Assembly (NCBI GenBank): GCA_029261035.1
Contig: JAJDCD010000010.1
Coordinates: 142,612 to 206,611 of the forward strand
Source of the DNA: Candidatus Omnitrophota bacterium
Lineage (GTDB): Bacteria > Omnitrophota > Omnitrophia > Omnitrophales > JACROU01
Direction: 5' to 3'
DNA: 64,000 nt
Each line of letters opens with the position of its first letter. Position 1 is the first letter of the stretch. The notes below the pieces were generated by a model. It was given only the letters and a program-made list of their open reading frames with translations. It was not told where the DNA came from and did no database searches. Shown here piece by piece: positions 36,407-47,109 of the stretch. Made by a program: the position numbers and the translations under genes.

Positions 36407-38485
36407 TTAGGGTTGAAACTGAGACAAAGCTTCTTGCTCAATTCCTAAAAACTGTAATAACTTTTCTTTTGTCTCACCTTGCTTCAAATAGACTGCCTTA
36501 ACAATATGATACCTTAAATCAAACTCTTTGTGACCAAGAAAGAAACTAGAGTTTTTAAGGGTTGTGTCCACCTTCTTAACTTCTTCGTCGATATTTTTCT
36601 GATATGCATTCTTTAATATGAGTACAAAACCTTTTTCCGAATCCGCTACAACATGAGAATCTTTTTGAGTAGCCCCTACCACAAGCTCCATAAATTGGTC
36701 AAATAATTCTTTCACCTGTTTATGCTTTGCATCCATTTTCAAAAAGCCAAAACCTAATATTTTATAAAGAATAAAAGAAACATCCTTGTCCTGAATTTCG
36801 GCGTTTTCAACCATTGTCTGAAACACATCTTCAATATATTTTTCTGTCGAAAAAATAGGCAAAGTAAAAGTAAACTTGCTACCTCTCCCCAATTCACTTT
36901 CAGCCCAAACCTTACCTCCATGATGCTGAACAATTTCCTGACAAATAGGCAGACCCAAACCCGTTCCGTGATACCCCGGACCAACCTCTCTTCCAATCTG
37001 ATGAAACTTATTAAAGATATCTCCAATTTCTTCTTTGGCCATACCTTTTCCTGTGTCCACAACAGAAACATGAACACTATCTTCATTAGGAACTTGAAAA
37101 GCTCCTACAGCAATCATTCCATCTTCCGCAGTAAATTTGATTGCATTCCCAATCAGATTAAACAAAACTTGCGAAACCCGGTATTCATCTGCATACACGC
37201 GAGGCAAGTTCTTTCCAAAAGATGTTTCAATACGTATTTTTCTTTTTAACGCCATCGTCTGCATCGAATCTACGGTTTCTTTGATAATCTGAGACAAATC
37301 CACAGCTTTCCTTTGCAACTCAAGCTTCCCCACTTCAAGCTGAGATAAATCTAGAATGTCATGAATCAAACCGCTCAATCTATTTACATTTTTTTGAACA
37401 ATCTCCATAAATTTATCTTGTTTTTTGTTAAGAGATCCCAAAGCCTTCTCCTGAACCAAAGAAACCCCTTCGCGAATTGAAGTCAAAGGGGTTCTGATTT
37501 CATGACTCACAGTTGAAATAAATTCTGATTTCATTTGATCCAATTGCTGTAGGTTAATATTTGCTTTTTCAAGCTCCGCAGCTGTTTTAAGTAACTCTTC
37601 TTGTTTTCTTAATAATTTTTTATTCAGAGTCTCTAACTCATCTTTTCTGTGCTCAAGTTCTTTTCCCTGAAGCCTTAAACGTTTATTCACTTCTTCTATA
37701 TTATGCATCAAACGAAACAAAGATTCTTTCGTTTGTTCTAATTCATCATTTTTTGATTGTAGTTCTTTGCGCCTATCTTCAGATAGCTCTAATAACCGCC
37801 TCATCTCTTTTGATTGTTTTTCCATCATTTGGTTCGAGGATTGTAAGTCTTTCCTCTTTTGATTAAGTCTAAAAATAATCAAACTTAAAAACAGAGCCCC
37901 AATAGCGTAAAGAGTTAGCATGCTAACCATATGAGCTATAAGGTGAGGAAGTTGATCATTTGGAGTTAGACTACTAAAAAAAGATTCTTTCATAGAAAAC
38001 TTTCCGCTCACCTCCAACAAAACCAACGAGAGAAAAATAAGAACATCCATGATGGCAACAATCACGCCACGAACGGGCGAAAGAAAGATAATAAGTTCTG
38101 ATATGGTTAAAAAATAAAGCCAATGAGCAGGACTAACAATACCTCCAGAAAAATAAATCACTAGAGATTCTGCGAGTGTTACAAAACAAACATAAAACCA
38201 GAGCAAGGGTTTAATGGCTTGCTTGTCTTTCCAAAGATAAGCAAGAAACAAAATGGCAAGAGTAATCCCAACAGAGAAACCACCTAAAGATGAGAACTGG
38301 AAAACAGGAAAATAAAATCCAAGCTCCCATAAACCCCATCCCCCTAGCAGACAAACAGGAACCAACGCCAAAGTGGTATAGCATAGTATACGGGTTGCAT
38401 GAAAGTAGTCATACAAACTCACTTTTTCCTTAGCATCCATAATTTTAGTCAACTTAAGCCTTACTTTCATTGCTCTTCCTCGCAT
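36407..38485 (-). CDS. Sensor histidine kinase with polytopic N-terminal sensor, long coiled-coil linker, HisKA/HATPase core and about 150-aa C-terminal extension
   Basis: 692 aa. Multiple N-terminal TM helices, about 120-aa heptad-rich linker, H-box VSHEIRTPLTSI, and G-boxes GTGLGLPICQEIV. About 150 aa of unassigned sequence follow the ATPase domain. Confidence 0.85.
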   Translation of the reverse strand: MRGRAMKVRLKLTKIMDAKEKVSLYDYFHATRILCYTTLALVPVCLLGGWGLWELGFYFPVFQFSSLGGFSVGITLAILFLAYLWKDKQAIKPLLWFYVCFVTLAESLVIYFSGGIVSPAHWLYFLTISELIIFLSPVRGVIVAIMDVLIFLSLVLLEVSGKFSMKESFFSSLTPNDQLPHLIAHMVSMLTLYAIGALFLSLIIFRLNQKRKDLQSSNQMMEKQSKEMRRLLELSEDRRKELQSKNDELEQTKESLFRLMHNIEEVNKRLRLQGKELEHRKDELETLNKKLLRKQEELLKTAAELEKANINLQQLDQMKSEFISTVSHEIRTPLTSIREGVSLVQEKALGSLNKKQDKFMEIVQKNVNRLSGLIHDILDLSQLEVGKLELQRKAVDLSQIIKETVDSMQTMALKRKIRIETSFGKNLPRVYADEYRVSQVLFNLIGNAIKFTAEDGMIAVGAFQVPNEDSVHVSVVDTGKGMAKEEIGDIFNKFHQIGREVGPGYHGTGLGLPICQEIVQHHGGKVWAESELGRGSKFTFTLPIFSTEKYIEDVFQTMVENAEIQDKDVSFILYKILGFGFLKMDAKHKQVKELFDQFMELVVGATQKDSHVVADSEKGFVLILKNAYQKNIDEEVKKVDTTLKNSSFFLGHKEFDLRYHIVKAVYLKQGETKEKLLQFLGIEQEALSQFQP

Positions 38486-38719
38486 TTAATACCCCACTGT
38501 ATTAAAAACAATTCGAGCTCCCCTTCAAATAACACCTAACTGGTTCTTATTATTAAGTTTACCTCCTAAATGCCAATAGCACAAATCGCTGCAAATAAGG
38601 ATAGATTGATTGTAAGTCTATATTTTGTAGTAAGTTATAACTAGATTTAAAAGAAGAAAATCAGAAAAAAACATTCAAACAAGATCCGTTTCTTTGAAAA
38701 TGCCCAGAGGAAATCTATT

Positions 38720-40522
38720 TTAGATTCGTTTGAAATGTTTCTCAAAATCATGCAGGGTGAGCTTAAGCAACACAGGACGACCATGAGGACAAGTAAATGG
38801 AGACTGAGTCTTATTTAGAAGTTCAACTAACGATTCCATTTCCTCAATAACCATTCGATCCTTAGCTTTGACGGAGCGGCTTTTACAGGCAATCAATGCA
38901 GAAACCTCTTCTTGCTTCTCTTTAAGAGGGTCTGAGTGACTTAACATTTGAGAACGCTCAAGGTAACCTCGCAAAACATCCTCAACAGCTGCCTCCTTGA
39001 TAAAAGCAGGTATCGACTGAATCGCATAAGTCCGATCGCCAAAAGGTTCAATAGAAAATCCAACTTGATTTAAAAAAGGTAATACATGTTTAAAATGCGC
39101 TTCTTCATTAACCTTTAAATTAAACGTAATGGGCATAAGCAAACCTTGAGTTTCAACCTTACTCTTTTCTAATGAAGAAAGAACGCTCTCATACTGAACG
39201 CGCTCGTGTGCGGCATGCTGATCAATCACAACAAGCCCACCTTCGTATTCGCCCACAATAAAACTAGAATGAATATGCCCCAACACACGAACTCCTCCTA
39301 GCTGCAACTGATCTTGATTGCTATTCGCGTCTCTAAAATCTGTTTGTTTTTCAAAGGACTGTTCTTGAAGATCTAGGCCCTGAATTGTTTCCTTGCCCAA
39401 AAGATTGGTTAGACCTTCTCGCACCTCATAAGAAGAAGCGTTATCCTTCATAAATTCTTGTTCATATTTATTAGTAGAAACAATTCTTTTATCTTCTGTT
39501 ACTCTCATCTGCGGATACAAATCCTCTCCCAACAATTGTTCTCGAATAATCTGTATCATTAAATTTTGAATCGCTTTTTCATTCGAGAGCTTCACTTCCC
39601 GTTTGGTTGGATGGACATTCACATCTACTTGCTTAGGATCAACATCAATAAAAATAATGCCCACAGGAAATTTCCCATCCATTACAAGCCCATGAAAAGC
39701 ACGGCTTAAAGCAAAGCTTAGAGAAACACTTTTTATTGGTCTCTTATTAATAAAGAAGATTTGATCCCGTCTATGCACCTGCGCCAATTCTGGTTTTCCG
39801 ACAAGCCCTTCCATCGTAACCCCTGATAGTTCCCCTGAAAAATCAATTAAGCGTTCTTCGTAACCCGCATCATAAAGAGTTTTCACTCGATCTCGAAGCG
39901 ATTGAGATTTTTTAACATCAATAATCGTTTTCTTTTCATCTGAAAATAAAAATTTAATCTCTGGGTATGCCAAAGCTAACAAGGTTAAAGCCTCTGTAAT
40001 CCGAGACAGCTCTGTTCGCTCTGTTTTAACAAATTTTCTTCGTGCAGGAGTATTAAAAAATAAATCTTTAACTTCAATAATAGTTCCTTCTCGAATCCCC
40101 TTTTCTGATTCTTGAACAATTTTCCCACCTTCAATCGAAAGTTCAAATCCTACAGACTCTCCTTGCACTCTTGTGGCTAAACGAAATTTAGAAACAGCAG
40201 AAATACTAGGAAGAGCTTCTCCTCTAAACCCAAATGTATCAATACTAAAAATATCTTCAACAGATTCTATCTTGCTCGTCGCATGCCGAATCAAACTGAG
40301 CTTAGCATCTTCTGGGCTCATTCCACATCCATTGTCTGCGACCCGAATAAAAGTTAAACCTCCATGTTTTACAGAAACCTCAATCTCTGTCGCTCCAGCA
40401 TCAATCGAATTCTCAACCAACTCTTTAACAACGGAGGCAGGCCGTTCAACAACCTCACCCGCCGCAATTTTATTAGCCACATCCTCTGGAAGCACCCGAA
40501 TAATTCTCGATAATGTTTTCAA
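38720..40522 (-). CDS. mutL: DNA mismatch repair protein MutL
   Basis: N-terminal GHKL ATPase (LPEDVANKIAAGEVVERPASVVKELVENSIDAGA) and C-terminal dimerisation domain. The likely start is TTG 40522 after AAAGGAG. The track start at 40570 is an upstream extension. Confidence 0.85.
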   Translation of the reverse strand: MKTLSRIIRVLPEDVANKIAAGEVVERPASVVKELVENSIDAGATEIEVSVKHGGLTFIRVADNGCGMSPEDAKLSLIRHATSKIESVEDIFSIDTFGFRGEALPSISAVSKFRLATRVQGESVGFELSIEGGKIVQESEKGIREGTIIEVKDLFFNTPARRKFVKTERTELSRITEALTLLALAYPEIKFLFSDEKKTIIDVKKSQSLRDRVKTLYDAGYEERLIDFSGELSGVTMEGLVGKPELAQVHRRDQIFFINKRPIKSVSLSFALSRAFHGLVMDGKFPVGIIFIDVDPKQVDVNVHPTKREVKLSNEKAIQNLMIQIIREQLLGEDLYPQMRVTEDKRIVSTNKYEQEFMKDNASSYEVREGLTNLLGKETIQGLDLQEQSFEKQTDFRDANSNQDQLQLGGVRVLGHIHSSFIVGEYEGGLVVIDQHAAHERVQYESVLSSLEKSKVETQGLLMPITFNLKVNEEAHFKHVLPFLNQVGFSIEPFGDRTYAIQSIPAFIKEAAVEDVLRGYLERSQMLSHSDPLKEKQEEVSALIACKSRSVKAKDRMVIEEMESLVELLNKTQSPFTCPHGRPVLLKLTLHDFEKHFKRI

Positions 40523-40699
40523 TGTAAATCTCCTTTGTAAAATTAAAATAGAAGTAGAAGATGGGGACATAGACTTTTGTAACCATTGCGCAGCAATTGT
40601 GACAAAAGTGTGTGTCCCCTAGGCAAAAGGTAGGCTGTACCCATTAAAACACTCTACCTAAAGTAATATACTTGCAAAACTTCCTTATATAGCATGATA

Positions 40700-40710
40700 G
40701 TGACAGTCAC
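40700..40710. repeat. Isolated GTGACAGTCAC palindrome abutting the mutS stop codon
   Basis: Single copy of the family P core in the mutL-mutS spacer. Confidence 0.5.
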
Positions 40711-43223
40711 TACTCAGCAAAAAGAGGCAACTCTTCCCCTTGCTCTTTCTTCATCTTTCGAACCTTGGGTCTCTGTTTCGCACCCTTTGATGAATCATCG
40801 TCCTTTTCTAACTCTTCTAATATTTCATGCGCTCTAGAAATCACTTCTTCCGGCAAGCCGGCAAGTTTTGCTACATGAATCCCATAACTCTTATCGGTTC
40901 CGCCCCGTACAATTTTTCTCAAGAAAGAAATTCCATTTTCTCCTTCATGAACAGTTACATTATAATTTTTAACTCCAGGAAACAAATCCTCGAGTTGAGT
41001 TAATTCATGATAATGCGTAGCAAATAAAGCTCTAGGTCGTGGCCCACCTTCCTTAGCTAGGTATTCACAAACACTCCAAGCGATACTAACACCATCATAG
41101 GTTGAGGTGCCTCTCCCAATTTCATCCATCACAATAAGACTTCGAGAAGTTGCGTTATTCAATATGTTTGCCGTCTCAATCATCTCAACCATAAACGTAC
41201 TTTCTCCTCGAGTCAAAAAGTCGGAAGCTCCAATTCGTGTAAAAATACGATCGCAAATTCCAAGCTGTGCTTTTTTAGCTGGAACAAAACAGCCTACCTG
41301 TGCCAATAGTGAAATAAGAGCTACTTGACGAATATAAGTCGACTTACCCGCCATATTAGGCCCGGTAATTAAAATCAGTTGAAAATCTTCTCCGTTAAGT
41401 AAAATGTCATTTTCCACAAACTCTCCACTGGGAAGAACCATTTCCACCACAGGATGACGCCCCGCATCTACTTGAATCGATGTTTCTTCTGACATCTCAG
41501 GGCGAACATAATCTCTTCTGACAGCAACTTCCGAAAAAGCACTGACCACATCTACAAAAGCAATAGCTTCAGCCGATTGCTGCAATGCATCAATTTGCTC
41601 TCGGACCTGATTGCGAAAAGTTTCAAAAATTTCATATTCTTTCGCATTCGCCTTATCGGTTGCATTAAGAACTTTTTCTTCATACTCTTTCAATTCAGGA
41701 ACGATAAAACGCTCTGCATTAACTAATGTTTGCTTACGGATATACTCTGGCGGCACAGCATCTAAATTAGTTTTTCTTATTTCTATATAATAACCAAACA
41801 CCCTGTTGTACCTGATTTTTAACGATTTAATCCCCGTTCTCTCAATCTCTCTTTTTTGAAGTTCTGCAATATAGTCTTTTCCATGTTCTGAAATATTTCT
41901 TAGTTCATCCAGCTCGGAGTTATATCCAACCTGAATCAAGCCGCCTTCTTTAATCGTAATTGGAGGTTGTTCTACAAATGCTTTTTCTAGAGAATCTACT
42001 AAGCTTAGAAAATCATTTAACGAGCCGTTCACTTTTTGAAAAACAGAAAATTCCGTTTTCTTCAGCATCTCCTTCAAAGCAGGAATTTTAGATAACGATA
42101 CTTTTAACGCAACCAAATCTCTCGCATTGCCTAGATCACAGTTCAAACGTGCCACAATACGCTCGATGTCTCTAATTTCAGACAAACCTTCTCTCAATTG
42201 GTCTCGAACAGCCGTTGAATCAACCAATTCTTGAACACAACCCAAACGTTGATTAATTTTTTCTAAATTCAATAGAGGCCGTTTCAACCATAAACGAAGC
42301 ATACGTCCTCCCATAGGAGTTAAAGTCTCATCCACGGAGCTCAATAGCGTAGGCGCCTTTTTATCCCCTGTCATCGACTTGACGATCTCTAAGTTTCTTT
42401 GAGTCATTGAATCTAGAACCATATACTCTTCAGAAGAATATGCAGAAGGTTTCTTAACATGTTCTAAACTTTTATGAAGGTGGTCTTGTAAGTAATAAAG
42501 AATTCCCCCAACAGCAATCGTTGCTAAAGAAAAGTCTTTAAGCCCCATCCCTTCAATCGAAGCCACTTGAAATACGCTCTGAATTCGATCTTTAGAGCGA
42601 TCTAAATCAAAAATTCGATCTTCATAATGATTGTTCGAACAATTAAATTCTGTTTGTAAAAATTGAAATAATTCAGACTCAAACGAAATGCTTTCTGGCA
42701 AAATACTTTCGACGGGCTGTATACGCATCAATTCGCTTTTTAAATTAGATAAGCTATCTACCTCGGTAACTTTAAACTCCCCTGTCCCTAAATCTAAAAA
42801 AGCAACTCCATAAGAACCCTCTTTGTCGGGGAAACATGAAACTAAATATTTGTTAGAGACAACTTCTCCTTCAGACTCTTCAACGTAAGTCCCTTGACTA
42901 ATAATTCGAGTCACTTCTCGCTTAACCAACCCCTTCGACGCTCGAGGGTCTCCGACTTGCTCACAAATAGCCACCTTCAGTCCTGCTTCAATTAATTTGG
43001 CGATATAGCCTTTTCCAGCATGAAAAGGAACTCCGCACATAGGAATTCTTCCTTGCTCCCCTCCCTCACGCCCTGTTAAGGTAATATTTAAAATTCGAGA
43101 AGCAAGCGCTGCATCTTCAAAAAACATTTCATAGAAATCCCCTAGTCGAAAAAATAGAATCGTATTGGAAGGTAAAGCCTTTTTAATATCCAAATACTGC
43201 TGCATCATGGGGGTGAGTTTCAC
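40710..43223 (-). CDS. mutS: DNA mismatch repair protein MutS
   Basis: 837 aa. Mismatch-binding N-terminus (GDFYEMFFEDA), Walker A GPNMAGKSTYIRQ, and the MutS signature TGRGTSTYDG. Confidence 0.9.
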   Translation of the reverse strand: MKLTPMMQQYLDIKKALPSNTILFFRLGDFYEMFFEDAALASRILNITLTGREGGEQGRIPMCGVPFHAGKGYIAKLIEAGLKVAICEQVGDPRASKGLVKREVTRIISQGTYVEESEGEVVSNKYLVSCFPDKEGSYGVAFLDLGTGEFKVTEVDSLSNLKSELMRIQPVESILPESISFESELFQFLQTEFNCSNNHYEDRIFDLDRSKDRIQSVFQVASIEGMGLKDFSLATIAVGGILYYLQDHLHKSLEHVKKPSAYSSEEYMVLDSMTQRNLEIVKSMTGDKKAPTLLSSVDETLTPMGGRMLRLWLKRPLLNLEKINQRLGCVQELVDSTAVRDQLREGLSEIRDIERIVARLNCDLGNARDLVALKVSLSKIPALKEMLKKTEFSVFQKVNGSLNDFLSLVDSLEKAFVEQPPITIKEGGLIQVGYNSELDELRNISEHGKDYIAELQKREIERTGIKSLKIRYNRVFGYYIEIRKTNLDAVPPEYIRKQTLVNAERFIVPELKEYEEKVLNATDKANAKEYEIFETFRNQVREQIDALQQSAEAIAFVDVVSAFSEVAVRRDYVRPEMSEETSIQVDAGRHPVVEMVLPSGEFVENDILLNGEDFQLILITGPNMAGKSTYIRQVALISLLAQVGCFVPAKKAQLGICDRIFTRIGASDFLTRGESTFMVEMIETANILNNATSRSLIVMDEIGRGTSTYDGVSIAWSVCEYLAKEGGPRPRALFATHYHELTQLEDLFPGVKNYNVTVHEGENGISFLRKIVRGGTDKSYGIHVAKLAGLPEEVISRAHEILEELEKDDDSSKGAKQRPKVRKMKKEQGEELPLFAE

Positions 43224-43309
43224 GAATAATCTCCTTCTTTGGTAGGTACAGACCGGTTATTATGCTGACACCCTAAAAGAGTGTCAAGGGTTAATGCGTA
43301 TAGAGAGAT

Positions 43310-43346
43310 AACCCTCACCCCAACCCTCACCCTATCAGGGAGAGGG
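43310..43346. repeat. Small palindromic repeat (family G: CCCTCACCCCAACCCTCACCCTATCAGGGAGAGGGAG)
   Basis: Hairpin CCCTCACCC / AGGGAGAGGG. Related copies at 50027-50066 and 58855-58880. Confidence 0.55.
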
Positions 43347-43427
43347 AGCTCCGCTGCCTTCTGGCTTCTGACTTCCGTTATATGCTATAATTCTGCTCAT
43401 TACTGAGTAAACACAAGGGAAAAGCTC

Positions 43428-44246
43428 ATGTCTGATAATAAAATTCATTCTTCAGCAATCGTCAATTCAAAGGCTATTTTGGGGAAAAACAATGAAATTG
43501 GCCCCAATGTAACGATAGAAGAAGGCGTTAAAATGGGTGATAATAATAAGGTTCTACAAGGAGCCTTTATTGCTCAAGGGACAACTCTTGGGGATGAAAA
43601 TCAAATTCATATGAATGCCGTAGTTGGACATGAACCTCAAGATCTAGCTTTTTCTGGAACTCCAAGTTTTACCCAAATCGGAAACCATAATGTTATTCGT
43701 GAATTTGTAACCATTCACAGAGGGACCAAAGAAGGTTCTGCTACGGTTATCGGAAATCACAACTTTTTTATGGCCTATTCCCACATCGCTCACAACTGCC
43801 GCGTTCATAATCACGTCGTTCTTGTAAACAATGCTTCCTTAACAGGCCATTGTGAAATAGAAGATTATGCTTTCCTTTCAGGCTTTGTAGGCCTTCATCA
43901 GTTTACTAAAATAGGCGCTTATGTCATTGTCTCAGCTCTTTCAGCTGTAAACAAAGATGTTCCTCCATTTATGTTGTCCGGAGGAAGACCTGCTGTCATC
44001 CAAGGAATTAATGTCATTGGACTTAGACGTGGAGGATTTGATGCTACAGTCCGAAGTGAAATTAAAAAAGCATACAAAGTTCTCTACCGTTCAGAAAACA
44101 ATGTTTCACAAGCCTTAGAAATTTTGGAAAAAGATTTTGAAACTGAGGAAGTAAAACGAATTGTAGAATTTATAAAGTCTTCAGACCGAGGAATCTGTTC
44201 GGGGCAAGGAGACGAAAAAGAAACTCTCCTAAGCAAAAAGGGCTAG
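43428..44246 (+). CDS. lpxA: Acyl-ACP--UDP-N-acetylglucosamine O-acyltransferase
   Basis: 272 aa. Left-handed beta-helix hexapeptide repeats over about 190 aa plus the LpxA-type helical C-terminus. Starts MSDNKIHSSAIV. Confidence 0.8.
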   Translation: MSDNKIHSSAIVNSKAILGKNNEIGPNVTIEEGVKMGDNNKVLQGAFIAQGTTLGDENQIHMNAVVGHEPQDLAFSGTPSFTQIGNHNVIREFVTIHRGTKEGSATVIGNHNFFMAYSHIAHNCRVHNHVVLVNNASLTGHCEIEDYAFLSGFVGLHQFTKIGAYVIVSALSAVNKDVPPFMLSGGRPAVIQGINVIGLRRGGFDATVRSEIKKAYKVLYRSENNVSQALEILEKDFETEEVKRIVEFIKSSDRGICSGQGDEKETLLSKKG

Positions 44247-44318
44247 GTCTTTTTGCTCGTGAGGCATGAAGCGTATTTCGTGGAAATTCTACCCGAAAAA
44301 AACATCCTTCAAACACCT

Positions 44319-44421
44319 GTCATTGCGAGGTGTAAACAAAAAGAGCCGTGGCAATCTCAGGTTTAAAGAATTATCTCTGTCTGAGATTGCCACGGCTCTT
44401 TTGCTCTTGCCTCGCAATGAC
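44319..44421. repeat. MITE-like nested palindromic element (family E: terminal inverted repeats GTCATTGCGAGG / CCTCGCAATGAC, inner GAGCCGTGGCAATCTCAG / GAGATTGCCACGGCTC)
   Basis: Seen in sequence. Same family at 4233-4337, 52286-52395, 57467-57573 and a truncated copy at 56385-56424. Confidence 0.7.
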
Positions 44422-44425
44422 AATT

Positions 44426-45688
44426 TTATCTCTTTCCTACAATCAAAATAGAATTTTTTCCGCCGAAACCAAAAGAATTTTTCATAATCGTTTTAATCTC
44501 TGCAGGACGAGATTTATTAGGCACGTAATCCAGATCACAGTCAGGGTCCGGAACTTCATAATTAATCGTTGGCGGCAAAATTTGTTTTTCCATCGCTAGC
44601 AACGTTGCTGCCAATTCCACACTTCCAGCTGCTCCAATCAAATGACCCACCATAGATTTCGTAGAACTCACTGGGGTGTGATAAGCTTCTTCTCCAAACA
44701 CTTTTCGAATGACAGCTGTTTCTGTTTTATCATTCAAAGGGGTCGATGTTCCATGCGCATTAATATAGTCAATATCCTTTGGAGTCACTTCCGCTTCTTC
44801 TAACGCCATCTCCATCGCACGAGCCGCTTGCTCTAATGAAGGGTCTGGCGCTGTCATATGATGCGCGTCACAAGTCATCCCATGACCTAACACTTCCGCA
44901 TAAATATGTGCCCCTCTAGCTTTTGCATGTTCATATTCTTCTAAGACAAACATAGCGGATCCTTCTCCTAAAACAAATCCATCTCGGTCCATATTAAAAG
45001 GACGCGATGCTTTAGTCGGATCATCATTGCGGGTGGACATAGCGCGAGCAACACAAAAAGAAGCAAAAATAGGCGAGTACATTGTTGCCTCACTTCCCCC
45101 TGTCAAAATAACATCTTGGTGATTCAACTCAATAGCCTCAACCGCAGCGCCTAAAGCATCCGAAGCAGAAGAACAAGCTGTAGACAAAGCGTAACTCGGA
45201 CCTTTGAGCCCCAAGAACATAGAAACTTGGCTTGCACAAGCATCTGGAAAAGAAGCTAAAGCAGTAAAAGGACTAATTCTCATAGGACCTGAATCGATAA
45301 AAACATCATGTTGTTCTAGTATATAACCAATGCCACACATCGAAGTCCCAATAACAACTCCAGCCCTCTCAGGGGGCACTTGGGATAAATCAATTTTAGA
45401 ATCTTCAACGGCCATAGAGGAAGTCGCAATAGCAAAATGAGCAGTTCGATCCATACGTCGAACCAAACGCTTATGAAGATATTTCTCGGGGTCAAAATCT
45501 CTTACTTGTCCTGCCATCTGTGTTGGAAAGGGAGTTCTGTCAAAACGATCAATCGTTGTAACGCCCGATTTTCCACTTTCTATAGCATCCCAAAATACAT
45601 CTTTCCCAATTCCATTAGCTGCAATAACACCTAATCCTGTAATAACAACCCGTCGTTTTTTTGACATAGTTTCCTTTGCCCACTGCAA
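44426..45688 (-). CDS. fabF: 3-oxoacyl-ACP synthase II
   Basis: 420 aa. KAS II fold with active-site Cys context (ALSTACSSASDALG) and His-His (HGTSTPLND, GHLIGAAG). Confidence 0.9.
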   Translation of the reverse strand: MQWAKETMSKKRRVVITGLGVIAANGIGKDVFWDAIESGKSGVTTIDRFDRTPFPTQMAGQVRDFDPEKYLHKRLVRRMDRTAHFAIATSSMAVEDSKIDLSQVPPERAGVVIGTSMCGIGYILEQHDVFIDSGPMRISPFTALASFPDACASQVSMFLGLKGPSYALSTACSSASDALGAAVEAIELNHQDVILTGGSEATMYSPIFASFCVARAMSTRNDDPTKASRPFNMDRDGFVLGEGSAMFVLEEYEHAKARGAHIYAEVLGHGMTCDAHHMTAPDPSLEQAARAMEMALEEAEVTPKDIDYINAHGTSTPLNDKTETAVIRKVFGEEAYHTPVSSTKSMVGHLIGAAGSVELAATLLAMEKQILPPTINYEVPDPDCDLDYVPNKSRPAEIKTIMKNSFGFGGKNSILIVGKR

Positions 45689-45835
45689 TCTCAGTTAATT
45701 TAGTTAGATTCAAATCGAATCACTTCATTTGGAACCACTGCGTTAAGGACCTAGTGTGTCGGGTCTTTAGACCTGGCACACATTACAAGCTTTACTTCCA
45801 TACCTTTTTTGGCGGGCTTAATTGAATTACCTTAA

Positions 45836-47002
45836 CTAATATCGAGGGACTGTTGAATCCACCTGAAGAGACCATTCATCAATGCCACCTTCAAGGTTTT
45901 TAAGATGTTCAAAACCCTGTTCACTCAAAAATTGCACAGCTCTCATACTTCTACCACCATGATGACAATGAACAACAATCTCTTTATTTTTATATTGTTC
46001 TAATTCTGAAAAACGGGTGGATACTTCCCCTAGAGGAATTAAAATAGACCCCGGAATTTTTGCTATTTCATATTCATGAGTTTCACGAACATCCACCAAA
46101 ACAAAATCTTCTTTTTCTTCAATTTTTTTCTTTAATTGAGCTACATCAAGTACACCATAATTTATATTTTCTTCTTCGTTCACAGAAGCATCTCCTTGTT
46201 GTGGAATACCACAAAACTCTTGGTAATCAATCAATTCAGTAATTGTAGGTTTGTCGCCACATATGGGGCACTCAGGATCTTTTTTTAGTTTTAGTTCTCG
46301 AAACTTCATCGCAAGCGCATCATAAACAAGCAATCGACCCACAAGAGAGGTCCCTTGTCCCACAATCAACTTAACCGCTTCGGTTGCTTGAATCAACCCA
46401 ATCGTTCCAGGGAGAATTCCCAACACACCACCTTCAGCGCAACTAGGAACCATGCCTGGCGGTGGAGGTTCTGGATATAAGCAACGATAACAAGGGCCTT
46501 CATCTGCTTTAAAAACGGTCGCCTGTCCATCAAAACGAAAAATAGAACCATAAATATTTGTTTTGTTTAACAACACGCAAGTATCATTAACCAAATAACG
46601 GGTTGGGAAATTATCCGTGCCATCAATCACAATATCAAAATCTTTGATGATTTCCATCGCATTTTCAGAAGTGATTTGAGTTTTAAATTTTATAATATTT
46701 GTATCTGGATTCATGGCTTTAATTCTTTTCTCAGCAGAATCCAATTTCAAATTGCCAATCTCATCATTCGTATGAAGTATTTGTCTTTGTAAGTTACTTA
46801 AATCAACCACATCAAAATCAACAATACCTAATGTTCCAACCCCTGCTGCTGCTAAATAAATTCCCAAGGGTGAGCCCAACCCTCCAGCCCCAATTAAAAG
46901 CACTTTTGCTTTTAATAATTTTTTCTGGCCTTCCAATCCAACCTCAGGAAGAATTAAGTGGCGACTATAACGTTGATATTGTTCTTGTGTCAATTCACTC
47001 AT
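45836..47002 (-). CDS. MoeZ/MoeB-type E1-like adenylyltransferase with C-terminal rhodanese domain
   Basis: RYSRHLILPEVG...VLLIGAGGLGSPLGIYLAAAGVG nucleotide-binding region, CYRC...CPICG zinc motif, and C-terminal rhodanese with active Cys (VVHCHHGGRS). The likely start is ATG 47002 (MSELTQEQ). Confidence 0.8.
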   Translation of the reverse strand: MSELTQEQYQRYSRHLILPEVGLEGQKKLLKAKVLLIGAGGLGSPLGIYLAAAGVGTLGIVDFDVVDLSNLQRQILHTNDEIGNLKLDSAEKRIKAMNPDTNIIKFKTQITSENAMEIIKDFDIVIDGTDNFPTRYLVNDTCVLLNKTNIYGSIFRFDGQATVFKADEGPCYRCLYPEPPPPGMVPSCAEGGVLGILPGTIGLIQATEAVKLIVGQGTSLVGRLLVYDALAMKFRELKLKKDPECPICGDKPTITELIDYQEFCGIPQQGDASVNEEENINYGVLDVAQLKKKIEEKEDFVLVDVRETHEYEIAKIPGSILIPLGEVSTRFSELEQYKNKEIVVHCHHGGRSMRAVQFLSEQGFEHLKNLEGGIDEWSLQVDSTVPRY

Positions 47003-47044
47003 TTCATCTCTATCTTTCTGAATATAAATTTGTCTTATAAACAC

Positions 47045-47071
47045 AAAAAACCCGTCGGAAACGGGTTTTTT
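47045..47071. terminator. Rho-independent terminator between the ferredoxin gene and moeZ-like gene
   Basis: AAAAAACCCGT-cggaa-ACGGGTTTTTT. Perfect stem with poly-A/T on both sides. Confidence 0.75.
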
Positions 47072-47109
47072 GCACATTTAAATCAATCTTTATCTGATAA
47101 AACTAAAAA

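Noticed and set aside
36163-37249. Plus-strand ORFs 36163-36501 and 36920-37249 and minus ORF 36754-37086
   Set aside because: Antisense or out of frame within the response-regulator and histidine-kinase genes, which carry clear receiver and HisKA/HATPase motifs.
45720-45800. Imperfect hairpin GTGTGTCGGGTCT-tt-AGACCTGGCACAC between fabF start and the moeZ-like gene end
   Set aside because: Stem has mismatches and no T-run on either strand. It could be a weak terminator or regulatory site, but the evidence is too thin to call.
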